Positions 1-9,846 of a stretch of 64,000 nt of DNA are shown one piece after another (the stretch's first letter is position 1; each line of letters begins with the position of its first letter). Made by a program: the position numbers and the translations under genes. This stretch comes from Candidatus Latescibacterota bacterium (lineage in GTDB: Bacteria; Latescibacterota; UBA2968; UBA8231). The stretch spans positions 5,280,001-5,344,000 of the forward strand of contig OZ252098.1 in NCBI GenBank assembly GCA_965248355.1, read 5' to 3'. The notes beneath the pieces are model-generated. The model did no database searches and was not told the origin of the DNA. It worked only from the letters and a program-made list of their open reading frames with translations.

Positions 1-2517
1 ACCCTCGAGCAGCTGGCCGCGGCGATCCGGAGCGCCAACCGCAACATGTCGGGCGGCTCCATCGTCGAGATGGGCCGCCGCTACCTGATCCGGGGCGTGG
101 GGGAGTTCTCCTCGGCGGCCGACCTCGAGGCCCTCGTGGTCGCCCAGGTCTCGGGGCCGGCGGCGGGACCGCAGGGGGCTGGCCCTCAGGCGCAGGAGGC
201 CCCCGAGCCGAAGCCCGTCTTCCTGCGCGACCTGGCCGAGGTGCGCCAGGTCCTGAGCGAGCCCCGGAGCATCGTGCGCCTCGACGGCCGCCGCTGCCTC
301 GGCCTGGAGATCTACAAGGAGGCCCGCTTCAACACCCTCGACGCGGCCCGGGCCGTGCACGACCAGCTGGAGTCGCTGCGCCGGAGCCTGCCGGGCTACG
401 AGATCGAGGTGATCCAGGACCAGTCGCGGTTCATCGCCGCGGCCGTCTCCGAGGTGGAGGAGACCGGCCTCATCGGGGTGCTGCTGGCGGTGGTCGTGCT
501 CTTCGTCTTCCTGCGCCGGGTGGGGGTGACGGCGGTGATCAGCCTGGCGATCCCGATCTCGGTGGTGGCCACCTTCAACCTGATGTACTTCGGCGAGCTG
601 AGCCTGAACCTCATGACCCTGGGCGGTCTCGCCCTCGGCGCCGGCATGCTCGTTGACAACGCCATCGTGGTGGTGGAGAACGTCTTCCGCCACCTGGAGC
701 AGGGCGAGTCCCCGTCGCGGGCGGCGATCCGGGGCGCCGGCGAGGTGGGGGGCGCGATCACCAGCGCCACCCTGACCACCATCGTCGTCTTCCTGCCCAT
801 CGTCTACCTCCAGGGCGCGGCCGGGGAGCTGTTCCGGGAGCAGGCCTGGACCGTGGCCTTCTCGCTGCTGTCGTCGCTGTTCGTCGCCCTCCTCGTCATC
901 CCCATGCTGTGCTCCCGGCTCCTCGGCGACGGCGGCGGCGCCCCGCCGGCCGGCCGGGTTCCCTTCCCGCGCTACGGGGCCCTGCTGACGGCCCTGCTGC
1001 GCCGCCGGGTGGCGGTGGCGCTGACGGCCGCGGCCCTGGTGGCGGCCACGGCCGCCGTCCTGTCCCGCCTGGGCAGCGAGTTCATGCCCCACCTCGACCC
1101 CGGGCAGCTGTCCCTGCGCCTGACCCTGCCCGAGGGCACCACCCTGGCCCGCACGGAGGGGGCGGTGGGCAACGTGGAGGCGTCGATCGCGCAGTCCCTC
1201 GGCCCGGAGCTGGGGCACCTCTACTCCCGCGTCGGCCGGACGGCCGGCGCCGGGGGGGGCGAGTCCCTGGCCGGCGAGAACCACGCCGTGATCCACGTGC
1301 AGCTCCGCCCGGGCAGCCCGGTCTCCCCGGCGGCGCTGGCCCAGGCCCTGGGCGAGGCCCCGGCCGGGCCCGACGCGCAGGTCCGCTACCTGCTGCGGGA
1401 GACGGCCCTGGAGACCAGTCTAGGGCGCTCGGACGCGCCGGTGGTGGTGGAGATCCACGGCCGGGCCCTCGGGGTGCTGGCCGGCCTGGCGGGGCAGGTG
1501 GAGGAGCGGCTGGCCGCGGTCGAGGGGCTCACCGGCGTGGAGTCGAGCCTGGGGCCCGGCCGGCCGGAGATCGAGATCGTGGTGGACCGCGCCGCGGCGG
1601 CCGTCTTCGGCCTGAGCAGCGACGCCGTCGGCTCGCAGCTGGAGGGCCTGCTCTCCGGACAGGAGGCCGGCCGCCTGCGGCAGCGGGGGGAGGCCGCCGA
1701 CATCGTCATCCGGCGGCCCCGGGTGACCCCGGCGGAGCTGCGCGGCCTGCTGCTGGAGGCGCCCGGGGGGCGGCGGGTGCGCCTCGACGAGGTGGCCCGG
1801 CTGCGGGACACCGTGACGCCCCGGGAGATCCTGCGCCGCAACCAGCAACGGGTGGTCACGGTGAGCGCCCGCCTCGATGGGGAGGAGCCCTTCGACCGGG
1901 TCGCCGGGCGCGTCGACGAGGCCCTCCGGCAGGTGGACCGGCCGCCGGAGTACGGCTTCGTCCTCACCGGCGAGGAGAAGCTGCGCCGGGACTCGTTCGA
2001 CAACCTGCGCTTCGCCCTGGTGCTGGCGGTGGTCCTCGTCTACATGGTGATGGCCGCCCAGTTCGAGTCCCTCGTGCACCCCTTCGTCATCCTCCTGACC
2101 ATCCCCCTGGCCGGGGTCGGCGCCGTGGCCCTGCTCCTGGCCCTCGGCATGCCCCTCAACGTGATGTCCTTCATCGGCGTCATCCTGCTGGCCGGGATCG
2201 CCGTCAACGACTCCATCGTGCTCGTGGACCGCATCAACCGCAACCGCCGGGCCGGGCAGGATCTCGAGGCGGCCATCGTGCACGCCGGCCGGACGCGCCT
2301 GCGGCCGATCCTGATGACGAGCCTGACCACCATGCTCGCCCTGCTGCCCCTGGCCGCCGGCGCCGGCGAGGGCGCCATGCTGCGGGCGCCCATGGCGGTG
2401 GCCGTCATCGGCGGCCTGTTCAGCTCCACGGCCCTCACCCTGGTCGTGGTCCCCTGCGTCTACCACCTCCTGGCCCGCATCGACCGGCTCCGTCCGGCGC
2501 AGGCCCCGGCGCCGTGA
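1..2517 (+). CDS. AcrB/MdtB-type RND efflux permease subunit (5' partial)
   Basis: Frame open from base 1. RND motifs GMLVDNAIVVVEN (TM4), YMVMAAQFES, GIAVNDSIVLVD, RLRPILMT, PMAVAVIGGL. Confidence 0.95.
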   Translation, partial: TLEQLAAAIRSANRNMSGGSIVEMGRRYLIRGVGEFSSAADLEALVVAQVSGPAAGPQGAGPQAQEAPEPKPVFLRDLAEVRQVLSEPRSIVRLDGRRCLGLEIYKEARFNTLDAARAVHDQLESLRRSLPGYEIEVIQDQSRFIAAAVSEVEETGLIGVLLAVVVLFVFLRRVGVTAVISLAIPISVVATFNLMYFGELSLNLMTLGGLALGAGMLVDNAIVVVENVFRHLEQGESPSRAAIRGAGEVGGAITSATLTTIVVFLPIVYLQGAAGELFREQAWTVAFSLLSSLFVALLVIPMLCSRLLGDGGGAPPAGRVPFPRYGALLTALLRRRVAVALTAAALVAATAAVLSRLGSEFMPHLDPGQLSLRLTLPEGTTLARTEGAVGNVEASIAQSLGPELGHLYSRVGRTAGAGGGESLAGENHAVIHVQLRPGSPVSPAALAQALGEAPAGPDAQVRYLLRETALETSLGRSDAPVVVEIHGRALGVLAGLAGQVEERLAAVEGLTGVESSLGPGRPEIEIVVDRAAAAVFGLSSDAVGSQLEGLLSGQEAGRLRQRGEAADIVIRRPRVTPAELRGLLLEAPGGRRVRLDEVARLRDTVTPREILRRNQQRVVTVSARLDGEEPFDRVAGRVDEALRQVDRPPEYGFVLTGEEKLRRDSFDNLRFALVLAVVLVYMVMAAQFESLVHPFVILLTIPLAGVGAVALLLALGMPLNVMSFIGVILLAGIAVNDSIVLVDRINRNRRAGQDLEAAIVHAGRTRLRPILMTSLTTMLALLPLAAGAGEGAMLRAPMAVAVIGGLFSSTALTLVVVPCVYHLLARIDRLRPAQAPAP

Positions 2518-5500
2518 CCGGCGCCCTGGTCCGGCGGCCCGTGGCGGTGACCATGCTGCTGGCCGCCGGCTGCCTGCTGGGGGCCGTCTCCTACGGGCGT
2601 CTGCCCGTGGAGCTGATCCCCTTCGCCGAGCTGCCCATGCTCGTGGTGCAGGTGCAGGGGGGGCGCGACTCGGAGCCGGAGCAGGTCGAGAGCCGGGCCG
2701 TCATCCCCCTCGAAGGGGCGATCGCGGGACTGCCCGGGATCGAGCGGATCGAGTCCTACGTCGAGTCGCGGGGGGCCCGGATCCTGGTCTACTACAGCAG
2801 CCGCGTCGACCCCGGGCACGCCTACCTGCGCCTGGAGCAGCGGGTGACGGCGGCGGCGGCCGGCCTCGACGAGGAGATCGGCGTGCGGGTGCTCAAGGTC
2901 GACACGGAGCAGCTGTCGACGCAGTTCATGTCCCTCGAGGCGCGCGGCGAGGGCGGCCTCGACCGGATCCGGCACGTGGTCGACCGCAAGGTGGTGGAGG
3001 AGCTGAGGCACGTGGACGGCGTCGCCAACGTCTCCGTGTACGGGGGCCGGCGGCGCTCGATCGAGGTGCGCCTCGACGAGGAGGTCCTGGCCGGCCACGG
3101 ACTCACGGTGGCGCAGGTGGGGGCCCAGGTCGCCCAGGGCTCCCGTCGCCGGCGTCATCTCGGCGAGGTGGCCGACGGCGGCGGACGGCTCTTCGTCAGC
3201 CTGGTCTCCGACTACACCTCCATGGCCGACCTCGAGGAGACCGTCCTGCGGGACGGGTTGCGCCTGGGGCACGTGGCGTCGGTGGTCGACGGGGGGGCGG
3301 AGCGCCAGACCATCGCCCGCGTGAACGGCCAGGAAGCGGTGGCCCTGTCCCTGATGCGCGACCCCGAGGCCAACCTGCTGGAGCTGTCGGAGGCCGCCGC
3401 GGCCGTGGTGGAGGACCTGAACCGGCAGCTGGCCCCGGAGGGCGTGGAGCTGGTGGTCCGCAGCGACGCCGCCGAGCCGGTGCGCGAGAACATCGGGGAC
3501 ATCCAGTCCCTGGCCCTGCTCGGCGGGGGGCTGGCGGTGGCCGTGCTCTGGGTCTTCCTGCGCAACCTGGTCCTGGTGGCCGTGGTGGCCCTGTCGATCC
3601 CGGTGTCGGTGCTGATCTCCCTGAACCTGTTCCACGCCCTGGACCTCACCCTCAACTCCCTGTCCCTGGTGGGCATGGCCGTGGCCGTGGGCATGCTCAT
3701 CGACAACAGCATCGTCGTCCTGGAGAGCATCTACCGGCGGCTGGCCCGGGGCGAGGCGCCGGACGAGGCCGTGACCGGGGGCGTGGCCGACGTGCGCCGC
3801 GCCGTGGTGGCGGCGACCCTGACCACGGTCTGCGTCTTCCTGCCCTTCGTCTTCGCCGAGGGCTACCTGATCCGCCTCCTGGGGCGCGAGGTGGGCGTGG
3901 CCATCATCTCGACGCTGCTCGTCTCCCTGGCCGTGGCCCTGCTGCTGATCCCCGTGGTCACCTGGCGCCTCGCGGTGCGCCGGTCCGGGGCAGGGCTCGC
4001 CTTCAACGCCGTCTCCCAGCGCCAGCGGGCGGTGCAGGTCTACTCGCTGCTGCTCAAGTCGTGCCTGCGCTTCCCGGCGCGCACCGTCATCGCCGCCGTG
4101 GCCGGCTTCTTCCTCACCGTGGCCGTCTGCCTGGCCCTCAGCATCGACCGCTCGCGCCCGGTGGAGCTGGACCGCTTCGACGTGTACGCGGGGCTGCCGG
4201 GCGGGGCCACCCTCGAGCTGGCCGACGAGCTGGCCCTGGCCATGGACGCGCGCCTGGCGAGGGTGGAGGAGCTGGAGGAGCGCCGCATCGCCGTGCGGCC
4301 CGATCTCCTGCACCTCGACCTGGGTCTGCGCGAGGACTTCCGGGAGATCGCCGGCCGCGGCGTGGGCGAGGTGCGGGAGGAGGTGCGCCAGGAGCTGAGG
4401 GAGGCCTTTCCGGCCCTGTGGTTCACCTTCGACGCGCCCCGGGGCGGCGCCGGGTTTCGCGGCGGCGGCGGTGGAGGAGGGGGCGGCATGGGCGGGGCCT
4501 TCGGCCGGCTGCTGGGGATCGGGGAGAGCGGCGATCGCCTCCTCCTCCGGGGCCGGGACATGGGGCTCCTGCGCCGGGTGGCCGACGACCTGCGCTACAA
4601 CCTCGAGCGCCTGACGGCGGTCCAGTACGCCAGGGTGGCCGAGGCCGAGCGCCAGCCGGAGATCTCCCTGTTCCTCGACCGGGCCGCCCTCAAGCACCAC
4701 GGCGTCACCGAGGAGGCCGTCTCCGGGGAGCTGGCCAGCTTCCAGCCGCAGGTGTCGTCGCCGGCGCGGGTGCGGCGGGGCGCGGAGGAGCTGGAGGTCC
4801 TGCTGCGCAGCGGTGAGCCGGGGGACCGCCGCATCGAGGACCTGCGGCGGGTGCAGGTGCCGGCCGAGGGGGGAGGATCGGTGCCCCTGCCGCGGCTGGC
4901 GGACCTCGTGTACACCAGCGGCAGCGGGCGCATCGCGCGCGTCAATCAGGAGAAGGAGCTGGCGGTCAGCTACCGGTTCCAGAGCGAGGTGAGCAGCTCG
5001 GCGGGACTGCTGGCCGAGGGGCGGTCCGCCGTCGACCAGCTGGTCTCGGACCTGTCCCCGCCGTCGGGGGTGTCGGTCGAGGTCGTCCGCGACGAGACCG
5101 ACCTGGAGCCCTTCTACTTCCTCCTCGCCGCCTCGGTGGTGCTCATCTACATGATCCTGGCCGCGGTCTTCGAGTCCCTCGTGGCGCCCCTGGCGATGAT
5201 GATCACCCTGCCCCTGGCCACGGTGGGGGGGCTCTGGGCGCTGGTCCTCACGGGCCACTCCATCCTCGACACCAACGCCCTCGTGGGCTTCGTGATCCTC
5301 CTGGGGGTGGTGGTCAACAACGGCATCATGCTCATCGACTCGGCCCGCGCCCGGCAGCGCCGCGGGGCGCGTCTCTCCCGGGCCCTGCTGCAGGCCGGCC
5401 AGGGCCGCCTGCGGCCGATCGCGATCACCGCCCTGAGCACGATCCTGGCGCTGCTGCCCCTGGCCATGGGCAAGGCCGAGTACGTGGCCGTCATCGGCGT

Positions 5501-7199
5501 GCCCTTCGCCGTGGCCGTCATCGGCGGCCTGCTGGCGGGGACCCTCTTCACCCTGGTCCTGGTGCCCACGGTCTACGCCGGCCTGGAGCACACCCTGGCC
5601 TGGCTGCGCGGCCTCGGCGGCTGGACCCGGGCGGCGCAGCTGGCGGCGCTGGCCCTGGGGGCCTGGCTGATCCAGGAGCAGGTGGACGGCCTCCTGTGGC
5701 GGGTCGTCGACGGCACGGTGCTGCTGGGCGGGGTCCCGGCCCTGACCTGGTTCCTGCAGACCAGCCTGCGGCGCAGCCGCGCCGACCCGATCCCCCGCGA
5801 CCGGCCCCTGCGCATCTCGGTGGCCAACCTGGTGAAGGTCTACGACGACGAGCCGCGGTTCCTGCGCCAGTGGCGCCGGGGGGAGCGGCAGCGGGCGCGC
5901 CTGCGCGCGGCGGGGGAGGCGGAGGCGGTGGGCCGCCTGGGGGCCCTGCGCTGGCAGCTGCCGCTGCTCGGCTTCCACTTCTACTTCGCCTACCTCTACC
6001 TGGAGAGCGACTTCTGGGCGATGGTGTTCTCGGTGGCCTTTGTCCTCTTCCTGGCCGGCGCCGTGCGCCCCTTCCTGCCGCCGCCGCAGGGCCGCCGGCG
6101 ACGCCTCGTCCGCGGGCTCTGGTCGACCCTGTTCTGGCTGCTGCCCCTGCCCCACCTGCTCTGGTACCAGGACCGCTGGGACAACTGGGCGCTCACCGTC
6201 CTCGTGGGCATCCTCTGGTACCTCGGGGCCGTGGTGCACCGCGGTGCCCGCCGGCTCTACCGCGGCCAGGTCAACGTCGACGGTCTGGCCGGACGCTTCC
6301 GGCGCAGCCGCCGCCTGCTCTACCGGCTCGTGGCCTGGCTGCCGCTCATCGGCCGCCGCCGCCGGCCCTTCCCGGCCCTGAAGCAGGCCTCCCTCGAGAT
6401 CGAGAGCGGCATGTTCGGACTCATCGGGCCCAACGGCGCCGGCAAGACCACGCTCATGCGCGTCCTCTGCGGCATCCTGGAGCCGACGCGGGGCAAGGTG
6501 CGGGTCAACGGCATCGACCTGTCGGCCCGGCGCGAGGAGCTGCAGGCCCTGATCGGCTACCTGCCCCAGGCCTTCGGCACCTACGAGAACCTGACGGCGT
6601 ACCGGTTCCTCGACTACCAGGCGATGCTGAAGGGCCGGTGGGACGCCGGAGAGCGGCGCCGGGCCGTGGAAGAGGCGATCCGCGCCGTGCACCTGGAGGA
6701 CAGCCGCGATCGCAGGATCGGGGGGTTCTCGGGGGGGATGAAGCAGCGGGTGGGGATCGCCCAGACCCTGCTGCACCTGCCCCGCATCCTGGTGGTCGAC
6801 GAGCCGACGGCGGGCCTCGACCCGAGGGAGCGCATCCGCTTCCGCAACCTGCTCGCCGAGCTGGCCCGCGACCGGGTGGTGGTGTTCTCGACCCACATCA
6901 TCGAGGACATCTCCAGCTCCTGCAACCGGCTGGCCGTGCTCGGCGATGGCGAGGTCCGGTTCCTCGGGACCCCCCGGGAGATGGTGGAGCTGACCCGCGG
7001 GGCCGTGTGGCAGGCGTCGGTCCCCGAGGCCGGCTTCGAGGCCCTGCGCCGGACGGCGCGGATCGTGCACCACATGCGCGACCAGGACCGCATCCGCGTG
7101 CGCCTGCTCGCCGCCGAGCGGCCCCTGCCCGGGGCCGCCGAGGTCACGCCGACCCTGGAGGACTCCTACCTGTGGCTGCTGGAGGGCCGCGAGAGGTGA
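2514..7199 (+). CDS. RND permease fused to C-terminal ABC ATPase (~1561 aa)
   Basis: GTG overlaps the upstream TGA (GTGA). Full RND body (RRPVAV, GMLIDNSIVVLES, RLRPIAIT), then extra TM helices and an NBD with GPNGAGKTT, FSGGMKQR, VVDEPT, STH. No stop between the two parts. Confidence 0.92.
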   Translation: MTGALVRRPVAVTMLLAAGCLLGAVSYGRLPVELIPFAELPMLVVQVQGGRDSEPEQVESRAVIPLEGAIAGLPGIERIESYVESRGARILVYYSSRVDPGHAYLRLEQRVTAAAAGLDEEIGVRVLKVDTEQLSTQFMSLEARGEGGLDRIRHVVDRKVVEELRHVDGVANVSVYGGRRRSIEVRLDEEVLAGHGLTVAQVGAQVAQGSRRRRHLGEVADGGGRLFVSLVSDYTSMADLEETVLRDGLRLGHVASVVDGGAERQTIARVNGQEAVALSLMRDPEANLLELSEAAAAVVEDLNRQLAPEGVELVVRSDAAEPVRENIGDIQSLALLGGGLAVAVLWVFLRNLVLVAVVALSIPVSVLISLNLFHALDLTLNSLSLVGMAVAVGMLIDNSIVVLESIYRRLARGEAPDEAVTGGVADVRRAVVAATLTTVCVFLPFVFAEGYLIRLLGREVGVAIISTLLVSLAVALLLIPVVTWRLAVRRSGAGLAFNAVSQRQRAVQVYSLLLKSCLRFPARTVIAAVAGFFLTVAVCLALSIDRSRPVELDRFDVYAGLPGGATLELADELALAMDARLARVEELEERRIAVRPDLLHLDLGLREDFREIAGRGVGEVREEVRQELREAFPALWFTFDAPRGGAGFRGGGGGGGGGMGGAFGRLLGIGESGDRLLLRGRDMGLLRRVADDLRYNLERLTAVQYARVAEAERQPEISLFLDRAALKHHGVTEEAVSGELASFQPQVSSPARVRRGAEELEVLLRSGEPGDRRIEDLRRVQVPAEGGGSVPLPRLADLVYTSGSGRIARVNQEKELAVSYRFQSEVSSSAGLLAEGRSAVDQLVSDLSPPSGVSVEVVRDETDLEPFYFLLAASVVLIYMILAAVFESLVAPLAMMITLPLATVGGLWALVLTGHSILDTNALVGFVILLGVVVNNGIMLIDSARARQRRGARLSRALLQAGQGRLRPIAITALSTILALLPLAMGKAEYVAVIGVPFAVAVIGGLLAGTLFTLVLVPTVYAGLEHTLAWLRGLGGWTRAAQLAALALGAWLIQEQVDGLLWRVVDGTVLLGGVPALTWFLQTSLRRSRADPIPRDRPLRISVANLVKVYDDEPRFLRQWRRGERQRARLRAAGEAEAVGRLGALRWQLPLLGFHFYFAYLYLESDFWAMVFSVAFVLFLAGAVRPFLPPPQGRRRRLVRGLWSTLFWLLPLPHLLWYQDRWDNWALTVLVGILWYLGAVVHRGARRLYRGQVNVDGLAGRFRRSRRLLYRLVAWLPLIGRRRRPFPALKQASLEIESGMFGLIGPNGAGKTTLMRVLCGILEPTRGKVRVNGIDLSARREELQALIGYLPQAFGTYENLTAYRFLDYQAMLKGRWDAGERRRAVEEAIRAVHLEDSRDRRIGGFSGGMKQRVGIAQTLLHLPRILVVDEPTAGLDPRERIRFRNLLAELARDRVVVFSTHIIEDISSSCNRLAVLGDGEVRFLGTPREMVELTRGAVWQASVPEAGFEALRRTARIVHHMRDQDRIRVRLLAAERPLPGAAEVTPTLEDSYLWLLEGRER

Positions 7200-7900
7200 A
7201 GGGGCCTCTCGGCAGCGCCCCCGCCTTCCTGCGCTACAGCGCCGGGCAGGTCTTCGCCGGCCGGTTCCCCTGGTTCCTGCTGCTGGCCGTGGCCCTGTTC
7301 CTCACCATCGCCGTCATATACACGGCCTCCGAGAAGGTGCCGCCGGGCCCCGATCTCATCTACTACTTCCTGCTGGCGCCCGGGGTGGTGCTGGTGATCT
7401 ACCCCTCGGCCTACGCCGTGCAGAGCGAGGTCGACGCCGGCATGGTGGAAACCCTCTTCGGGATCCCGGACTACCGCTACAAGGTGTGGCTGGCGCGGCA
7501 CGCCGTGCAGCTGCTGACCGCGGCCGTCCTGCTGGCCGGGCTGGCCTCGTTCTGCCGCCTCGCCCTCACCGACTTCGCCGTCCACGAGATGGTCTTCCAC
7601 CTCATGTTCCCGGTGGCCTTCCTCTCCAGCGCCGGCTTCCTGCTGGCCACCCTCACGCGCGGCGGCAACGGCGCCCTGGCCGTGCTCGTGCTGGTCGTGC
7701 TCGCTCTGTGGATCGCCGCCGAGCCCCTCGAGGGCAGCCGCTGGAACCCGTTCTACAACCCCTTCGCGCTGCTCGACGAGGTGGAGGGCCTGGTGCGCTC
7801 GGGGACCACCTTCCACAACCGCGCCTACCTGCTCTCCGGGTCGGTCCTGGCCGTCCTCGGAGGCCTGCTGCGCCTGCAGCACCGCGAGCGCTTCGTCTGA
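7196..7900 (+). CDS. ABC-2-type membrane permease-like protein (234 aa)
   Basis: GTG overlaps the upstream TGA. About 6 hydrophobic segments; SEVDAGMVETLF resembles the ABC-2 'E...G..E.L' motif; follows the ATPase. Confidence 0.75.
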   Translation: MKGPLGSAPAFLRYSAGQVFAGRFPWFLLLAVALFLTIAVIYTASEKVPPGPDLIYYFLLAPGVVLVIYPSAYAVQSEVDAGMVETLFGIPDYRYKVWLARHAVQLLTAAVLLAGLASFCRLALTDFAVHEMVFHLMFPVAFLSSAGFLLATLTRGGNGALAVLVLVVLALWIAAEPLEGSRWNPFYNPFALLDEVEGLVRSGTTFHNRAYLLSGSVLAVLGGLLRLQHRERFV

Positions 7901-7913
7901 CCCGGCTCCGCGG

Positions 7914-8750
7914 TCAGACGGCCATGTCGGCGCGGATGGCGGGGTGGCTCCGGTAGCCTTCCAGCTCGAAGTCGTCGAAGACGAAGTCGTCGATCTCGCC
8001 CTGGCCGCGGTCGCGGAGCCGCAGGCGCGGCAGCGGCAGGGGCTCGCGGCGGAGCTGCTCGCGCACGGCGTCGAGGTGGTTCAGGTAGATGTGGCAGTCG
8101 CCGAGGGTGTGGATGAACTCGTGGGCCACGAAGCCGGTGACGCGGGCCACCATGTGCAGCAGCAGGGAGTAGGAGGCGATGTTGAGGGGCACGCCGAGGA
8201 ACATGTCGCAGGAGCGCTGGTACATCTGCAGGGAGAGGCGGTCCCCGGCGGTGTAGAACTGGAAGAAGTTGTGGCACGGCGGCAGGGCCACGTCGGCGGG
8301 ACCGGTCTCGGCGGCGTTCCAGGCGTCCACCATGATCCGCCTCGAGCCGGGGTCCGTGCGCAGCAGGTCGACGGCCTCCTGCAGCTGGTCCACGGTGCGG
8401 TCCGCCCCCCGCCAGCGGCGCCACTGCACCCCGTAGATGCGGCCCATGGCGCCGTCGTTCTCCTCCACGCCGAGGCGGGAGAGGTAGTCGCGGTAGTTGG
8501 CGTCCCAGAGCTTGTTGTGGGGGTAGATCGCCTTGAGGTCGTGGATGTTGTCGGACCCCGAGACGAACCACAGCAGCTCCGACAGCATCGACTTCCACAC
8601 CAGCCTCTTGGTGGTGACCGCGGGGAAGCCGTCGGCCATGGCGTAGCGCGCCTGCATGCCGAAGAGGGAGAGGGTGCCCACGCCGGTGCGGTCAGCCTTC
8701 TCCACGCCGTGGTCGAGGATGCGCTGCAGCTGGTCGAGGCAGGTCTGCAT
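7914..8750 (-). CDS. thyA: Thymidylate synthase
   Basis: DRTGVGT, TTKRL, IYGVQWR, ALPPCH (catalytic Cys), YQRSCDMFLGVPLN, GDCHIYLNH. Confidence 0.98.
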   Translation of the reverse strand: MQTCLDQLQRILDHGVEKADRTGVGTLSLFGMQARYAMADGFPAVTTKRLVWKSMLSELLWFVSGSDNIHDLKAIYPHNKLWDANYRDYLSRLGVEENDGAMGRIYGVQWRRWRGADRTVDQLQEAVDLLRTDPGSRRIMVDAWNAAETGPADVALPPCHNFFQFYTAGDRLSLQMYQRSCDMFLGVPLNIASYSLLLHMVARVTGFVAHEFIHTLGDCHIYLNHLDAVREQLRREPLPLPRLRLRDRGQGEIDDFVFDDFELEGYRSHPAIRADMAV

Positions 8751-8910
8751 CAGGGATCCTGGCGGCGCAACTCGGCGCCCGGTTGCGTGTTTCGCCGTGC
8801 GATCCGCTCGAGCTGCGGTTGGATGGCCGACATGACCGCGGCGAAGACGACCGCCACCTGCACGGACCGCCAGATCACGTCGGCTGCCGCGGACAGCCGC
8901 GTGGGGCTCG
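8750..8910 (-). pseudogene. 3' remnant of a membrane-protein gene formerly coupled to thyA
   Basis: Frame ...LSAAADVIWRSVQVAVVFAAVMSAIQPQLERIARRNTQPGAELRRQDP* ends in a TGA overlapping the thyA ATG (TGATG). No clear start before the accessory DNA begins. Confidence 0.4.
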
Positions 8911-8911
8911 G

Positions 8912-9112
8912 CTATTGGGCATGGTCCGCAATCATCGCTCGTACCACGGGTGCCAGCTCTCTGGGGACCGCGATTGCTGCCTGAGCAGAGTCCTCGAATG
9001 CGGCCTCGTCTTCTGCAACTGCCTCGTCTTCGCTCAGCGACTCGTAGTGCCGGAGTACGCGCTGGACACGTTCCTCGTTCCATCCAGGCGGGAACTTGGT
9101 GGCATTCTTCAT
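8912..9112 (-). CDS. Small conserved hypothetical protein, antitoxin-like (66 aa)
   Basis: KFPPGWNEERVQRVLRHYESLSEDEAVAEDEAA...VPRELAPVVR resembles small proteins usually found as the second gene of toxin-antitoxin-like pairs. Confidence 0.65.
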   Translation of the reverse strand: MKNATKFPPGWNEERVQRVLRHYESLSEDEAVAEDEAAFEDSAQAAIAVPRELAPVVRAMIADHAQ

Positions 9113-9162
9113 CGGCTGTGCTCATCGTGAGTCGTCGGGGGTCGGAACATGGAAGTGCCGGA

Positions 9163-9846
9163 TCAATGTATTCTGCGTTCAAGAACGATTCTCAAACCTA
9201 TGAAATCCGCTTCGACGCGTACGTTGAAGCGCTTCGAGAGGCGATTCCTCACTCCAAGCCCAATGCGGTAGAACTCCGGACCGGAATTGTTGTCATCGCG
9301 GGCACTGAGCCTCCAGCCGGGACCCAGGCCCAAGAGTAGATAGGTCCTGGGAATGGCCGTATAGAAGTGGGCATTGACAACTATTCCAATCCACCGGTAG
9401 TGTCCACCCGCTCCTGCAGCAACACTCCCCTCTATTGAATTCAGATAGCTTCGATACCGGAGAGAGATCCCCGCACCTTCCAAACGTCTCTCGATGGGCA
9501 GTTCCTGCGGCCGGCCTTCCAGGGCCAGGAATGTACCCGCTGACAAGCCCACATACACGCGCTCCTTGGCCGGTCGCCTGACGCTATGGATCCATCGGTA
9601 GGGGATGTCAAGGACGCCCAGTCTCCGCACATCCAACCTGACCGAATCCTCATCCCCACTGAGAACGATACCTCTTCTGGTTCTGACGATCCCTGCCCTG
9701 TCCTGATAGGTGATCCACACCTGGTCGCGCTCTTCGAACAGGTTCTGCCCGATCCCGCTCTCGCGGGTGGCTGCGACCTCCGTCAGGGGCGCCGCACATC
9801 CAGCAGCAAGAAGCGCCGCGGCGGTGAGAGACCGGAGCTGGTTCAC
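9163..9846 (-). CDS. Putative lipoprotein with amphipathic beta-rich C-terminus (227 aa)
   Basis: GTG overlaps the stop of the hsdR ORF. Lipobox LLAAGC; alternating hydrophobic strands in the C-terminal half. Confidence 0.6.
   Translation of the reverse strand: MNQLRSLTAAALLAAGCAAPLTEVAATRESGIGQNLFEERDQVWITYQDRAGIVRTRRGIVLSGDEDSVRLDVRRLGVLDIPYRWIHSVRRPAKERVYVGLSAGTFLALEGRPQELPIERRLEGAGISLRYRSYLNSIEGSVAAGAGGHYRWIGIVVNAHFYTAIPRTYLLLGLGPGWRLSARDDNNSGPEFYRIGLGVRNRLSKRFNVRVEADFIGLRIVLERRIH

Noticed and set aside
909..2513. N-terminal 535 aa of the 2096-aa ORF
   Set aside because: Arg/Gly/Pro-rich off-frame read of the first RND gene; the real start is the GTG at 2514.
2460..7073. 1537-aa antisense ORF and similar long shadow ORFs (e.g. 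10425-12458, 40826-42733, 57550-59670)
   Set aside because: Expected stop-free antisense frames in high-GC coding DNA; no recognisable motifs.
8751..9182. N-terminal extension of ThyA in the ORF track
   Set aside because: No ThyA similarity and it overlaps other ORFs; the normal start is at 8750.
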